Shown here: positions 35,701 through 45,102 of the stretch, one piece after another
Numbering within the stretch: position 1 is the stretch's first letter
Layout of the letters: each line of letters begins with the position of its first letter
Assembly: GCA_024277895.1 (NCBI GenBank)
Contig: JAJRUH010000023.1
Location: forward strand, 1,210 to 65,209
Direction: 5' to 3'
DNA length: 64,000 nucleotides
From: Bacteroidota bacterium
GTDB lineage: Bacteria; Bacteroidota; Bacteroidia; Bacteroidales; JAADGE01
Position numbers and translations under genes: made by a program
Notes under the pieces: model-generated
What the model saw: only the letters and a program-made list of their open reading frames with translations
Database searches by the model: none
What the model was told of the DNA's origin: nothing

Positions 35701-37329
35701 TCAGACGGTTGCTCAACTTATTCCGATTTTTCTGATTTAACGGCAAATGTAGTGCAAGGCGAAAAAGATTCACTAATTTTTACAATAGGAACATGCAGCG
35801 GGAACTACACTAAAGCAGCAAAAGTTTTTATAGATTGGAACGGGGATTATGATTTTGACGATATAAATGAAGAAGTTTTTGTTTCAAATACATCAAGCAG
35901 CTCTTTTACGGATACGGTTGAAATTATTATTCCCGACAATACTAAAATAGGAAATGTAAGAATGCGAATTGTTTGCGAAGAAACATCCGATGCTTCAAGT
36001 ATTAGCACATGCGGAACATATTCTTGGGGAGAAACAGAGGACTATACTTTAAATATTGCTCTGCCTGTTACGCAAGGAGGATTTCTGTCTGTTGAAAATT
36101 CACAAATCTGTATCGGAGATAATACAGGAAATATTACATTATCAAATAACTTCGGCACGGTAACGGACTGGGAAAAGAAACTTGAATCCGGGACATGGAC
36201 TTCAATCGGTTATACCGGAAATATATACTCGGAAATACCGGCAGAACCCGGAATTTGGTATTACAGAGCCGTTATTGATAACGGTATTGCTTATTCGGAT
36301 TCAATTTTCATAACAGTCAATGCCTTAAGTACCGGAGGAAATACAGGCAACGATACAACAATATGCGAAGGAAGTTACATTAACCTTAATTTATCAAATC
36401 AATTAGGAACAATTACTAATTGGGAAAGACAATTAAACGGAGGATCTTGGGAATATATTCTTAACACCCAAACAAACTTATCGGAAAAACCTTCAGAAGA
36501 CGGAACATGGTTATACAGAGCACATGTAAAAAACGGTACTTGTAATAGTTATTCCGACACAACAAGTGTTATTGTTAATCCATCTGCAGTTTCCGGAATT
36601 ATTGATGTAACAAATGCGGATATTTGTACCGGATCTCAAGTAACACTTACAGCGAACCAATATGACGGTAATATACAATGGCAATCATCCTTAAACGGAA
36701 CAGATTGGACTGATATTACAGGTGCAAACTCCGACAGCTATACCACTGATATTTTATCTGAAACAACTTATTTCAGAACTCTTGTTTCATTAGGAACTTG
36801 TAATGATTCTATCTCCAATCCGGAAAAAATTAAAGTTTTTCTTAACCCTGTTGCCGACTTTTATTATGATACAGATAATCAAAAAATTACGTTCACTAAC
36901 ACATCCGAGAATGCAACAAATTATTTATGGAATTTCGGAGACGGAAATACTTCCGCACAAGAAAATCCGGTATATATTTATAATGAATCCGGAACTTACA
37001 TTGTAATGCTTACTGCATACAGTGAAGTATGTGATAATAATCAAATAACAAAAGACATTAATGTAAATTATGTCGGTATCCCGAAAACAAAATCGTTCAT
37101 CTCAATTGCACCGAACCCGAATAACGGTTTATTTACAGTCAGAACAAAAGGTTTAAATACTTCAAATTCAGAAATCAGAATTTACTCGGTAAGCGGAAGA
37201 TTAATTTATCAAAACAGAATAAACTCTGATGTCTTTGAAATTGATTTGTCAAATCAGGCAAAAGGTATTTATTTTGTGAAAATTACTTCTGAAAAGCAAA
37301 GCTTAAATTCAAAATTAATTATTCAATAA
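32770..37329 (+). CDS. Peptidase C25 (gingipain-like) family protein with Ig-like repeats, GEVED-like and PKD domains and a T9SS C-terminal sorting domain
   Basis: 1519 aa with a signal peptide. Putative catalytic His block LANYTAHCSPDGW and Cys block LWIGNCCQSNKF align with gingipain INYTGHG / ACVNGDF as I recall them. WGETEDYTLNI is GEVED-like. Three repeats of about 90 aa follow the pattern IC-x-G...W...G-x-W...Y. FGDGNTS...GTYIVMLTA is PKD. C-terminus KGIYFVKITSEKQSLNSKLIIQ is a T9SS CTD. Confidence 0.8.
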   Translation: MKKSILLAIFFAIMCFSVGFAQKTGVIKLKTDKNKFEVQFLKNNEFTISNSISEVLLKSENTKKGEFINLYGSNLVKTFNKGMPDIPVISKLIEVPQNAKVKITVVSYNEEIIDLGKKGINKKIMPSQPSLRKDINSSDVPFYYNEKIYKTDAFYSQGKIADYKDAGQMRDSHIGHIQIMPFAYNPVKNLLKVYNNIKLKIEFINADWSKTEQIKKEYTSPFFSGANTSAVINSKMFNLSSKALVQSTPVTYVIVADPSFHDALQAFITWKKLKGFDVIEAYTDNPDVGSTVSSIKSYLQNLYNNPAQGHNAPSFILIVGDIDKIPAAQHTEVADSPYSDLDYAEYTGDYLPEVNFGRWSADNATQVTDIANKTIRYEKYEMADPSYLGQTFLIAGDDEGHEDTYGGGAIYYADRYYTNSAHGIYSHTFLQSTIETWGGNTQGNAQAHDSIITDINNGVALANYTAHCSPDGWFSPSFTQNDLNNYITNTDKFGLWIGNCCQSNKFDENEAFAELAIRKPNAGVIGYIGGSQYTYWDEDYWWGVGVGSIVAQPTYESTTEGSYDGVFHDQANETNDISKWFPTNYQMILAGNLAVEASTSGLKPYYWVIYQLAGDPSVSSYIGVPEAMTVTPSPATLMMGMTSLNVSSAPYSYVALSQNGTLIATALSDATGNASLSFASNALFVGNADLVVTCQNKQPYIGTVKVNPADEPYVVLNSYTTSASPDYGQSITLNVTLENVAVSGSGYDAGNVNAVISTSDSYVTITDSTETYGTIIAGEKILIDNAFAITIADNVPDQHIISFDMAITADDGYSWDATINVIANAPLLEIGSLVINDITGNNNNILDPGENADIVIQTTNKGHADIANTAGTLLYSGSDLTINSASTLPYNLSVNETQLFAFNVTVSNSAQENTPITVQYSVSGGNSSQYTNNKDFDLILAYAEYCESRATSSSDSRIENVIFGQNVLNSEISNNTTSDGCSTYSDFSDLTANVVQGEKDSLIFTIGTCSGNYTKAAKVFIDWNGDYDFDDINEEVFVSNTSSSSFTDTVEIIIPDNTKIGNVRMRIVCEETSDASSISTCGTYSWGETEDYTLNIALPVTQGGFLSVENSQICIGDNTGNITLSNNFGTVTDWEKKLESGTWTSIGYTGNIYSEIPAEPGIWYYRAVIDNGIAYSDSIFITVNALSTGGNTGNDTTICEGSYINLNLSNQLGTITNWERQLNGGSWEYILNTQTNLSEKPSEDGTWLYRAHVKNGTCNSYSDTTSVIVNPSAVSGIIDVTNADICTGSQVTLTANQYDGNIQWQSSLNGTDWTDITGANSDSYTTDILSETTYFRTLVSLGTCNDSISNPEKIKVFLNPVADFYYDTDNQKITFTNTSENATNYLWNFGDGNTSAQENPVYIYNESGTYIVMLTAYSEVCDNNQITKDINVNYVGIPKTKSFISIAPNPNNGLFTVRTKGLNTSNSEIRIYSVSGRLIYQNRINSDVFEIDLSNQAKGIYFVKITSEKQSLNSKLIIQ

Positions 37330-37341
37330 ATTAGTTCTGTT

Positions 37342-37377
37342 AAAAAAAGAGCCCTCGGTTGAGGACTCTTTTTTTTA
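37342..37377. terminator. Bidirectional intrinsic terminator
   Basis: A-run, stem agagccctc (37348-37356) / gaggactct (37361-37369) with 8 of 9 pairs and loop ggtt, then a T8 run. Confidence 0.75.
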
Positions 37378-37779
37378 TTTGCAAAGAGACATACTTTCGA
37401 AGTCAATTTCCTTTTTGTGCTTTCCGTATGTTTTATGAACGGCACTATCTTTTATTACATAAGTTTCTTCTTTGCCGAATTTAACGGAAAATAAGACTGT
37501 TAAATTTTCGCCGGCTTCATCTTTCATCATTAATCTTGCTAAATTATAATCCGGTAAACACAATAAATTTTTATGACATACAGGACAAAACAGATTAACG
37601 ATTTCACCTTTTTCAATGCTTAAAGACGAATGTTTGACTTTTGTATAATCTCCTAACTTTGTATCTAATAAAATAACGCCTCCTTCTCCGCTGTTTTTTT
37701 GAACTGCTAAAACAACATTATTCTCAGCATTTAAAAGGGCAGAACAAGCAGGACAATAATAATTATTATTGACATCCAT
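37375..37779 (-). CDS. Hypothetical protein with two CxxC pairs (zinc-ribbon-like)
   Basis: 134 aa. CPAC near the N-terminus and CPVC at about residue 65. No family recognised. Confidence 0.4.
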   Translation of the reverse strand: MDVNNNYYCPACSALLNAENNVVLAVQKNSGEGGVILLDTKLGDYTKVKHSSLSIEKGEIVNLFCPVCHKNLLCLPDYNLARLMMKDEAGENLTVLFSVKFGKEETYVIKDSAVHKTYGKHKKEIDFESMSLCK

Positions 37780-37855
37780 TTTTATTTGATTTTTTATAGT
37801 TTTATGAAAGATACAACTAAAACTTCAAAAAATCAAGAAATAATGAAAATAAATA

Positions 37856-38371
37856 TTATAAAGAAGTGTCAGAAGGCGGAGCTGTTGTTAACTTTTCCAT
37901 CTCATTATCAAACATATACATTTTTGCCTTATCGCCTCCGAGAAGATTTAATTTATCTAAAATTGTTCCGAAAAGATTTTCTTCTTCAATTTGTTCGGCA
38001 ACATACCATTGCAAAAAATTAACGGTTGTAAAATCTTTTTCTTCATAGCATATTCCTACCAATTGATTTATTTTTTCAGAAATCATTTTTTCATGTTCAT
38101 AAATTTCTTCAAAAACTTTTTGAACAGATTTATATTCCGATTCAGGTTTTTCAGATTGAGGAACAATTGCATGACTTCCTCTGTCATTAACATAATGAAA
38201 TAATTTCAACATATGTTCGCGTTCTTCATCGGAATGTTCGTATAAAAAATTTGCAGTTCCGTTATATCCGTTTTTTTCTGCCCAAGAAGCCATTGCCAAA
38301 TACAATTGTGAGGAAAATTGTTCCAATTCTATTTGTTCGTTTAATGCTTTTTCAACTTTTTCTTTTAACAT
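37856..38371 (-). CDS. Non-haem ferritin
   Basis: 171 aa. LNEQIELEQFSSQLYLAMASW ... EEREHMLKL ferroxidase-centre residues. Confidence 0.85.
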   Translation of the reverse strand: MLKEKVEKALNEQIELEQFSSQLYLAMASWAEKNGYNGTANFLYEHSDEEREHMLKLFHYVNDRGSHAIVPQSEKPESEYKSVQKVFEEIYEHEKMISEKINQLVGICYEEKDFTTVNFLQWYVAEQIEEENLFGTILDKLNLLGGDKAKMYMFDNEMEKLTTAPPSDTSL

Positions 38372-38393
38372 AATATTATATTTTTTATATTAT

Positions 38394-40622
38394 TTATGAA
38401 ATTGAATTAATAATTTTGTTTAAAGTTTCACTCGGTCTCATTGCTTTTTCCGATTTTTTAAAATCGGGAAAATAATACCCCCCGATATCCGTGGCTTTTC
38501 CTTCGGCATGAGCAATTTCTGTCAATATTTGTTTCTCATTATCCTGCAATTGTTTTGATACTTTTGCAAATTTATCTTTTAATTCAGTATCATCAGTTTG
38601 ATTTGCTGTTGCTTCTGCCCAATACATTGCCAAATAAAAATGTGTTCCTCTGTTATCAAGTTCACCGGCTTTTCTTGAGGGTGACTTTTTGTTTTCAAGA
38701 TATTTACTGACAGCTTTATCCAAAGTTTCGGAAAGAATTTTTGCTTTAGAATTATTAAATTTATCGGCCAAAAATTCTAATGACACCATTAAAGCCAAAA
38801 ATTCTCCGAGTGAGTCCCATCTTAAATGCCCTTCTTCCAAAAATTGTTGAACATGTTTAGGTGCCGAACCTCCTGCTCCTGTTTCAAAAACACCGCCTCC
38901 TGCTAATAAAGGTACAATTGATAACATTTTTGCACTGGTGCCGAGTTCTAAAATCGGAAATAAATCTGTTAAATAATCTCTTATAACATTACCGGAAACT
39001 GATATTGTATCTTTCCCGGCTCTCACTCTTTCCAATGAAAATTTCATAGCATTATCAGGAGACATAATACGAATATCCAGTCCTGAAGTATCAAAATTTT
39101 TAAGGTATTTTTCAACTTTTTTAATAATTTGCGCATCGTGTGCACGATTTTTATCCAACCAAAAAATTGCCGGTGAACCGGTAGCTTTTGCTCTGCTTAC
39201 AGCAAGTTTTACCCAATCTTGAATCGGAATATCATTAACTCTCGACATTCTCCAAATATCTCCTTTTTCAACTTTATTTTCTTCTAACACATTTCCGTTT
39301 ACATCAATAACTCTCACGGTTCCGTTTACCGGAATTTCAAAAGTTGTAGGATGCGAACCGTATTCTTCAGCTTTTTGAGCCATTAATCCTACATTTGAAA
39401 CATTTCCCATTGTTGCAGGATTAAAAGCTCCATGATCATTACAGTCATCAATAACAACCTGATACATAGTTGCATAACATCTGTCGGGAATCATTGCTTT
39501 CGTATCATGAAGTTTGCCGTCCGGTCCCCACATTTTGCCTCCGTCTCGAATAACAACCGGCATTGAAGCATCAACAATTACTTTATTCGGTGCATGGAAA
39601 TTCGTAATTCCGTTATCGGAATCGACCATTGCCACTTTCGGTCTTACCGAATAGACAGTATTTATATCTTCTTCAATTTCTTTTCTTTTATCTTCGGGAA
39701 GTTGCTTAATTTTATCATATAAATCACCAATTCCGTTATTTATGTTTACACCGAGTTTTTCAATAATATCGGCATGTTTTTCAAGAACATCTTTATAAAA
39801 AACAGAAACTGCATGTCCGAACATAACAGGATCGGAGACTTTCATCATTGTGGCTTTAAGGTGCAATGACAATAATATATCTTTTTCTTTAGCATCTTCA
39901 ATTTGTTCTTTATAGAATTTACGAAGTCTGTTTTTACTGATAAAAGTTGCATCTAATATTTCACCGTCTGATGATTTTAAACCGTCTTTCAAAATTCGAG
40001 ATTTACCGTTTTCATCAACTAATTCAATTTTAAATTCAATTCCTTTTTCTGTAACAACAGATTTTTCGTTTCCGTAAAAATCTCCGTCTTTCATAAATGC
40101 AATGTGAGTTTTTGAATTTTTTCCCCAAGGTTTCATCATTTTATGAGGATTTTTCATAGCAAATTTTTTAACGGAAACAGCAGCTCGTCTGTCTGAATTT
40201 CCCTGACGAAGAACCGGGTTAACGGCACTTCCCAGAAGTTTTGCAAATCGTTCTGCTAATAATTTTTCTTCTTTTGTTTCAGTATTGTCAGGATAATCGG
40301 GAATATTATATCCTTTTGACTGTAATTCCTTAATTGCCTCTTTTAATTGCGGAATTGAGGCACTTATATTCGGAAGTTTGATAATATTAGTTTCAGGTTT
40401 TTGGGTCATTCTGCCTAATTCCGAAAGGGAATCTTTTATTCGCTGCTCATCTTTTAAATATTCAGGAAAAGCGGCTATAATTCTTCCTGCGAGCGAAATA
40501 TCTGCAGTTTCAATATCAACACCGGCAATTTTTATAAAAGCATTTACAATCGGCAATAAAGAATATGAAGCCAATGCAGGAGCTTCGTCAGTATGTGTCC
40601 AAGTAATTTTTGAATTTATCAT
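38394..40622 (-). CDS. icd: Isocitrate dehydrogenase (NADP), monomeric type
   Basis: 742 aa. N-terminus [22 protein letters not shown] and the overall length are characteristic of monomeric IDH. Confidence 0.9.
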   Translation of the reverse strand: MINSKITWTHTDEAPALASYSLLPIVNAFIKIAGVDIETADISLAGRIIAAFPEYLKDEQRIKDSLSELGRMTQKPETNIIKLPNISASIPQLKEAIKELQSKGYNIPDYPDNTETKEEKLLAERFAKLLGSAVNPVLRQGNSDRRAAVSVKKFAMKNPHKMMKPWGKNSKTHIAFMKDGDFYGNEKSVVTEKGIEFKIELVDENGKSRILKDGLKSSDGEILDATFISKNRLRKFYKEQIEDAKEKDILLSLHLKATMMKVSDPVMFGHAVSVFYKDVLEKHADIIEKLGVNINNGIGDLYDKIKQLPEDKRKEIEEDINTVYSVRPKVAMVDSDNGITNFHAPNKVIVDASMPVVIRDGGKMWGPDGKLHDTKAMIPDRCYATMYQVVIDDCNDHGAFNPATMGNVSNVGLMAQKAEEYGSHPTTFEIPVNGTVRVIDVNGNVLEENKVEKGDIWRMSRVNDIPIQDWVKLAVSRAKATGSPAIFWLDKNRAHDAQIIKKVEKYLKNFDTSGLDIRIMSPDNAMKFSLERVRAGKDTISVSGNVIRDYLTDLFPILELGTSAKMLSIVPLLAGGGVFETGAGGSAPKHVQQFLEEGHLRWDSLGEFLALMVSLEFLADKFNNSKAKILSETLDKAVSKYLENKKSPSRKAGELDNRGTHFYLAMYWAEATANQTDDTELKDKFAKVSKQLQDNEKQILTEIAHAEGKATDIGGYYFPDFKKSEKAMRPSETLNKIINSIS

Positions 40623-40733
40623 TATATTTTATTTAAAGAGTTAAATTTTACAAAAGAGAATTAATTGTGATTTTGTAATTTTTTTGCGAAAGTAAATAAT
40701 TAAAACCCTAAAGCATTATTTTTTTTAATTTTT

Positions 40734-42416
40734 TTAATAATCTAAATCAAAATCTTTTTTTAATTTATCAAGACTGGGGTTTTTCTTAACAAGATATTGA
40801 AATTTATCTCGATCGGTATAAAGATATTCTTCATTATTTTCAGAATTATCGTCTGAAAGTTTAAATATGATATTTAGTTCAGAGATACCGGTTCGATTTC
40901 TCATAAATGAAATTATTTTACTTTTTGCAGGGATTAATGCTAATTCTAAAGACTTATTCATTACCGTTAATTCAGCATGAGTTTCATCTGTCATAACAAG
41001 TTTTTCAGATTTTAAAGCGTTATAAAGTCGAGGTTTTTGTTCAAATTTTCTGAGTATTTCTTCCCAAGCTTTTTCAATACTGATAAATTCTTTATTAGTT
41101 TCAGATACTGCAATATCCGTATCATTTTGTTTTGTTTTTTCTTCCGTTTTACGAAAATTTCCGTTAATAGAAATCCCGGATTTTCTTTGAATTATTTTCG
41201 GCGTATTTTCTTTAATTTCCTTAGTTTGGGTTTTTCTGTATTTTGGAGTTTGTTCCTGCGAAACTGAAAGTTTGGCTTGTGTTTGCGAATTCTGATTTAT
41301 ATTTTCAGTTTTTTTTTTAGCTTCTTTCGTAATTTCACACATTTTCATTAAAGCCAATTCAACCTGAAGACGTTTATTTTTACTTGCTTTATATGAAAGA
41401 TCAGTTTGATTACTAATATCCAAAGCTTTTAATAAGAACAAAATATCGGTTTCCCGAGATTGTTCAATATATTTTTGTTTTATTCCGGAACCTACTTCAA
41501 TTAATTCAACAGTTTCCTCATCTTTGCAAACCATTAAATCTCTTAAATGAGAGCTTAAACCGCTTATAAAATGATGCCCGTCAAATCCCTTATTTAAAAT
41601 ATCATTAAATATAAGCAACGAATCGGAAATATTATTTTCAGTTAAAGCATTTGTCAGTTTAAAATAATAATCATAATCAAGAACATTTAAGTTATCAATT
41701 GCTGCCTGATATGTAATTTTTTTACCCGTAAAACTGACAATTTGATCGAAAAATGATAATGCATCACGCATTGCACCGTCAGCCTTTTGAGCAATAATAT
41801 TCAAAGCATCTTTATCGGCTTCAACATTTTCTTGTTCGGCAACCCAAGACAAATAGTTTACGGAATCTTCAACTTTAATTCTGTTAAAATCAAAAATTTG
41901 GCAACGAGATAAGATGGTAGGAATAATTTTATGTTTTTCGGTTGTAGCAAGAACAAAAATTGCATAATCAGGCGGCTCTTCAAGTGTTTTCAAAAAGGCA
42001 TTAAATGCTTGCGACGATAACATATGAACTTCATCAATAATATAAACGCTGTGTGTTCCTATCTGAGGAGGAATACGAACTTGTTCAATTAAGTTACGAA
42101 TATCTTCAACCGAATTATTCGATGCCGCATCCAGTTCATGAATATTATATGAACGGTTATCATTAAAGGCTTTGCAAGATTCACATTCGTTGCACGCTTC
42201 AAAATCATCTGAAAGATTTGAACAATTTATTGTTTTGGCAAATATTCTTGCACAAGTAGTTTTACCCACCCCTCTGGGACCGCAAAAAAGATATGCATGT
42301 GCGAGCTGGTTTGTTTTAATTGAATTTTTTAAAGTTGTAGTAATAGATTGCTGACCAACAACTGATTTAAAATCATGCGGGCGATATTTTCTTGCCGATA
42401 CAATAAAATTTTCCAT
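40734..42416 (-). CDS. dnaX: DNA polymerase III subunit gamma/tau
   Basis: Start moved to the internal Met (MENFIVSARKYRPHDFKSVVGQ). Walker A GPRGVGKTT, Zn module CNECESC, IIDEVHMLS, SRC motif LSRCQIF. The 44-aa N-terminal extension in the track looks spurious. Confidence 0.9.
   Translation of the reverse strand: MENFIVSARKYRPHDFKSVVGQQSITTTLKNSIKTNQLAHAYLFCGPRGVGKTTCARIFAKTINCSNLSDDFEACNECESCKAFNDNRSYNIHELDAASNNSVEDIRNLIEQVRIPPQIGTHSVYIIDEVHMLSSQAFNAFLKTLEEPPDYAIFVLATTEKHKIIPTILSRCQIFDFNRIKVEDSVNYLSWVAEQENVEADKDALNIIAQKADGAMRDALSFFDQIVSFTGKKITYQAAIDNLNVLDYDYYFKLTNALTENNISDSLLIFNDILNKGFDGHHFISGLSSHLRDLMVCKDEETVELIEVGSGIKQKYIEQSRETDILFLLKALDISNQTDLSYKASKNKRLQVELALMKMCEITKEAKKKTENINQNSQTQAKLSVSQEQTPKYRKTQTKEIKENTPKIIQRKSGISINGNFRKTEEKTKQNDTDIAVSETNKEFISIEKAWEEILRKFEQKPRLYNALKSEKLVMTDETHAELTVMNKSLELALIPAKSKIISFMRNRTGISELNIIFKLSDDNSENNEEYLYTDRDKFQYLVKKNPSLDKLKKDFDLDY
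41309..41318 (-). other. A10 homopolymer inside dnaX (candidate slippage/recoding site)
   Basis: Minus strand reads gaa gct aaa aaa aaa act gaa aat ata aat at codons about 367-369 of 560. The -1 frame gives aac tga. The +1 frame gives ctg aaa ata taa. Confidence 0.5.
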
Positions 42417-42701
42417 AACAAGCAACAAAAATATAAAAGAAAAATGCAACTGCCAATTTGTTTCATTAACTGTTAAAAGTTTTTTGTCGGAAAAACAACT
42501 GAATAAAGCCATTTTGACAGGAAAAACATAGAGAAACAATGCTGACAATCAGATAAATACAAAAATTACAAATTTCGCACCATCAAAGATTCACACTATT
42601 GCGACATTTTGTCATTAAAATATTATTTGGAATACATTTTGAAAATATATGAATAAAAATCAAAATTTATTGTTTAACTTAAAATTATGGAGGAATAAAT
42701 T

Positions 42702-43136
42702 ATGACACTTGCAAAATTTAATCAATTACCGAGTTTATTCGACCAATTTTTCGAACATGACTTATTTGACTGGTCGAACAAAAATTTTTCGAGCACAAAT
42801 ACGACTCTGCCTTCCGTAAATATAAAAGAAGGCAATGATGGCTTTGAAGTTGAAATGGCTGCACCCGGTTTAGAAAAAAAAGATTTTAACATTGAACTCA
42901 ACGGTGATTTATTAACTATTTTTTCTGAAAAGAAAATTGAAAATGAAACAAAGGAAGATGAAAAATACACTAAAAAAGAGTTCAGTTATCAATCATTCAG
43001 CCGCTCATTTGCACTTCCTAATATAACGGATAACGAAAAAATAAGTGCCGAATATGACAACGGAATTTTGAAAGTTTTCATTCCGAAAAAAGAAGAAGCA
43101 AAACCAAAACCGGCCAAACAAATTGCAATTTCATAA
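42702..43136 (+). CDS. Hsp20/alpha-crystallin small heat-shock protein
   Basis: 144 aa. Alpha-crystallin domain (FEVEMAAPGLEKKDFNIELNGDLLTI ... GILKVFIPKK). Confidence 0.85.
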   Translation: MTLAKFNQLPSLFDQFFEHDLFDWSNKNFSSTNTTLPSVNIKEGNDGFEVEMAAPGLEKKDFNIELNGDLLTIFSEKKIENETKEDEKYTKKEFSYQSFSRSFALPNITDNEKISAEYDNGILKVFIPKKEEAKPKPAKQIAIS

Positions 43137-43147
43137 TAGTTATTATA

Positions 43148-43175
43148 GTGCCGGAAATTTAACCGGCACTTTTTT
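43148..43175 (+). terminator. Intrinsic terminator
   Basis: Stem gtgccgg / ccggcac with an 8-nt loop, followed by T6. Confidence 0.8.
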
Positions 43176-43212
43176 ATTATATGAATTGTTTAACTTTTAA
43201 AAGCCTGTAATT

Positions 43213-43641
43213 ATGAAAGCAAGAAAAATAAACACAAGAAAATTGCCTGATATTATTGAAATATTTTTCGGAAAGAAACCGACCGAACATCAAAAAAATC
43301 AGTTTTATACCGATATGCTGCCTTCGGTTAATATTTCTGACGGCAAAAAAGAATATAAAATGCAAATTGCATTACCGGGTTTTGATAAAAAAGATGTTAA
43401 TATTGAATTGAAAGATAATTGCGTTATTCTGACTTCGGAAAAGAAATATGAAAACGAAGAACAAGATAAAAATTGGTTAAGAAAAGAATATTCATATTCC
43501 TCATTCAGAAGGATTTTCAGACTTCCTGAGGGTACAGACGAAGATAAAATAAAGGCAAAAATGAAAAACGGAGTTTTATCTCTTACGATAGGAAAGAAAA
43601 AAGAATTTGTTAATGAAAACAAAAAAATAAGTGTAAACTGA
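43213..43641 (+). CDS. Hsp20/alpha-crystallin small heat-shock protein (second paralogue)
   Basis: 142 aa. YKMQIALPGFDKKDVNIELKDNCVILT ... GVLSLTIGKK. The exact start is uncertain. Confidence 0.8.
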   Translation: MKARKINTRKLPDIIEIFFGKKPTEHQKNQFYTDMLPSVNISDGKKEYKMQIALPGFDKKDVNIELKDNCVILTSEKKYENEEQDKNWLRKEYSYSSFRRIFRLPEGTDEDKIKAKMKNGVLSLTIGKKKEFVNENKKISVN

Positions 43642-43665
43642 TTATTAAAATTGATTTATTCGGAA

Positions 43666-43689
43666 GAGGCTGTCTTTTTAAACAGCCTC
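43666..43689. terminator. Hairpin between convergent genes (probable terminator)
   Basis: Perfect 8-bp stem gaggctgt / acagcctc with an 8-nt loop. The flanking T/A runs are weak. Confidence 0.5.
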
Positions 43690-43695
43690 ATAATT

Positions 43696-44127
43696 TTATT
43701 CTCGACCCAATTTCAGAAAATCATCTTTAAAATCTTTTAAAAGATGCATTGCATTATTCTCTCTTAATTTAGAATTAATTACACTTCTTTTATTAAACAA
43801 AGCCTTTGATAATTCTGCTGCAAAAGTAACTGAATTCATACTGTCTAACTGTTTTTCCGTAAAACGTTCATGAAAATCATCGGAAATCGGTTGCACAATA
43901 CAAACACATTTCAACGAATCTGTTTTATTCGAAATATCATTACAATATTTTTCTTCCAAACCTTTAATTGTATGAATACCTGTCAAATAGATATAACCGA
44001 AAAGTCCGCTCGCAAGCAATACAATCACAACGAGAAGAATTTTAAATGCTTTCTTCGTCAGAAACCTGACAATAATAATCAAAGCAATCAATGCAATTAC
44101 ACCGATAATAATAGTCTCTTTGTTCAT
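43696..44127 (-). CDS. Hypothetical membrane protein
   Basis: 143 aa with two N-terminal TM helices. No family recognised. Confidence 0.4.
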   Translation of the reverse strand: MNKETIIIGVIALIALIIIVRFLTKKAFKILLVVIVLLASGLFGYIYLTGIHTIKGLEEKYCNDISNKTDSLKCVCIVQPISDDFHERFTEKQLDSMNSVTFAAELSKALFNKRSVINSKLRENNAMHLLKDFKDDFLKLGRE

Positions 44128-44219
44128 AAACCAAAATTTTATAATAAGTTTGCCGTGAATTTAATAATCGTAAAATTATAATTTTTTATTGATTTTAAAA
44201 TTCATTTAACAAAAAATAT

Positions 44220-45041
44220 ATGGCTGATAAAAAAAAATATACCAAAAAAAAACCGATAAATAAATTCTCAGGTAAAAACCCGAAAAAATCGTATCTCAAT
44301 AAAGAGACAAATATTATTAAAGATGAAGAAATTCGCCTGAATAAATACTTGGCAAACGCAGGTATTTGCTCAAGACGCGATGCCGACAAACTAATTACCG
44401 ACGGCTTTGTTAAAGTCAACGGAAAATTTGTTACCGAACTTGGTACAAAAGTTAAAAAAACGGATATTATAAAATATAAAAACAAACTTATCAAATCCGA
44501 AAAACACGTTTACATTCTTTTAAACAAGCCCAAAGGTGTTCTTACAACTGTTTCGGACGACAGAGGGAGAAAAACGGTTCTCGATTTTTTCAGAAATAAA
44601 GTTACGGAACGCATATATCCCGTAGGCAGACTTGACAAAGACTCCACCGGCATACTTCTGCTGACAAATGACGGTGATTTAACAAAAAAACTCACACATC
44701 CGAAATACAATAAAAAGAAAATTTATCATATTTTCCTGAATAAGGAATTAGAACAAAAAGATGCCGAAAAATTAGTTAAAGGTATTGAATTGGAAGACGG
44801 ATTTATGAAATTCGATACTCTTGCATACCCCGATCCTAAAAGCAAAAAAGACATCGGAATAGAAATTCATTCCGGAAGAAATCGAATAATTCGACGTATG
44901 TTTGCCGAATTAAATTATTACGTTCTGAAACTTGACAGAGTATATTTTGCAGGTTTGACTAAAAAAGATTTAAAGCGCGGAAAATGGCGTTTTTTATCAG
45001 AACGTGAAATCTCAAATCTTAAAAAAGGAAGTTACGAATAA
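44220..45041 (+). CDS. rRNA pseudouridine synthase (RsuA/RluB family) with S4 domain
   Basis: 273 aa. Lys-rich N-terminus, S4 domain IRLNKYLANAGICSRRDADKLI, catalytic GRLDKDSTGILLLTNDG. Confidence 0.85.
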   Translation: MADKKKYTKKKPINKFSGKNPKKSYLNKETNIIKDEEIRLNKYLANAGICSRRDADKLITDGFVKVNGKFVTELGTKVKKTDIIKYKNKLIKSEKHVYILLNKPKGVLTTVSDDRGRKTVLDFFRNKVTERIYPVGRLDKDSTGILLLTNDGDLTKKLTHPKYNKKKIYHIFLNKELEQKDAEKLVKGIELEDGFMKFDTLAYPDPKSKKDIGIEIHSGRNRIIRRMFAELNYYVLKLDRVYFAGLTKKDLKRGKWRFLSEREISNLKKGSYE

Positions 45042-45102
45042 GTTTGGGATAATTTTTGCTTTATATCTCGTGAACTGATTTAATATAAACAAACCGGAAA
45101 AT

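Noticed and set aside
42417-42548. 44-aa N-terminal extension of dnaX in the ORF track
   Set aside because: The extension is hydrophobic, unlike DnaX, and the canonical N-terminus (MENFIVSARKYRP) starts at the internal ATG at 42416.
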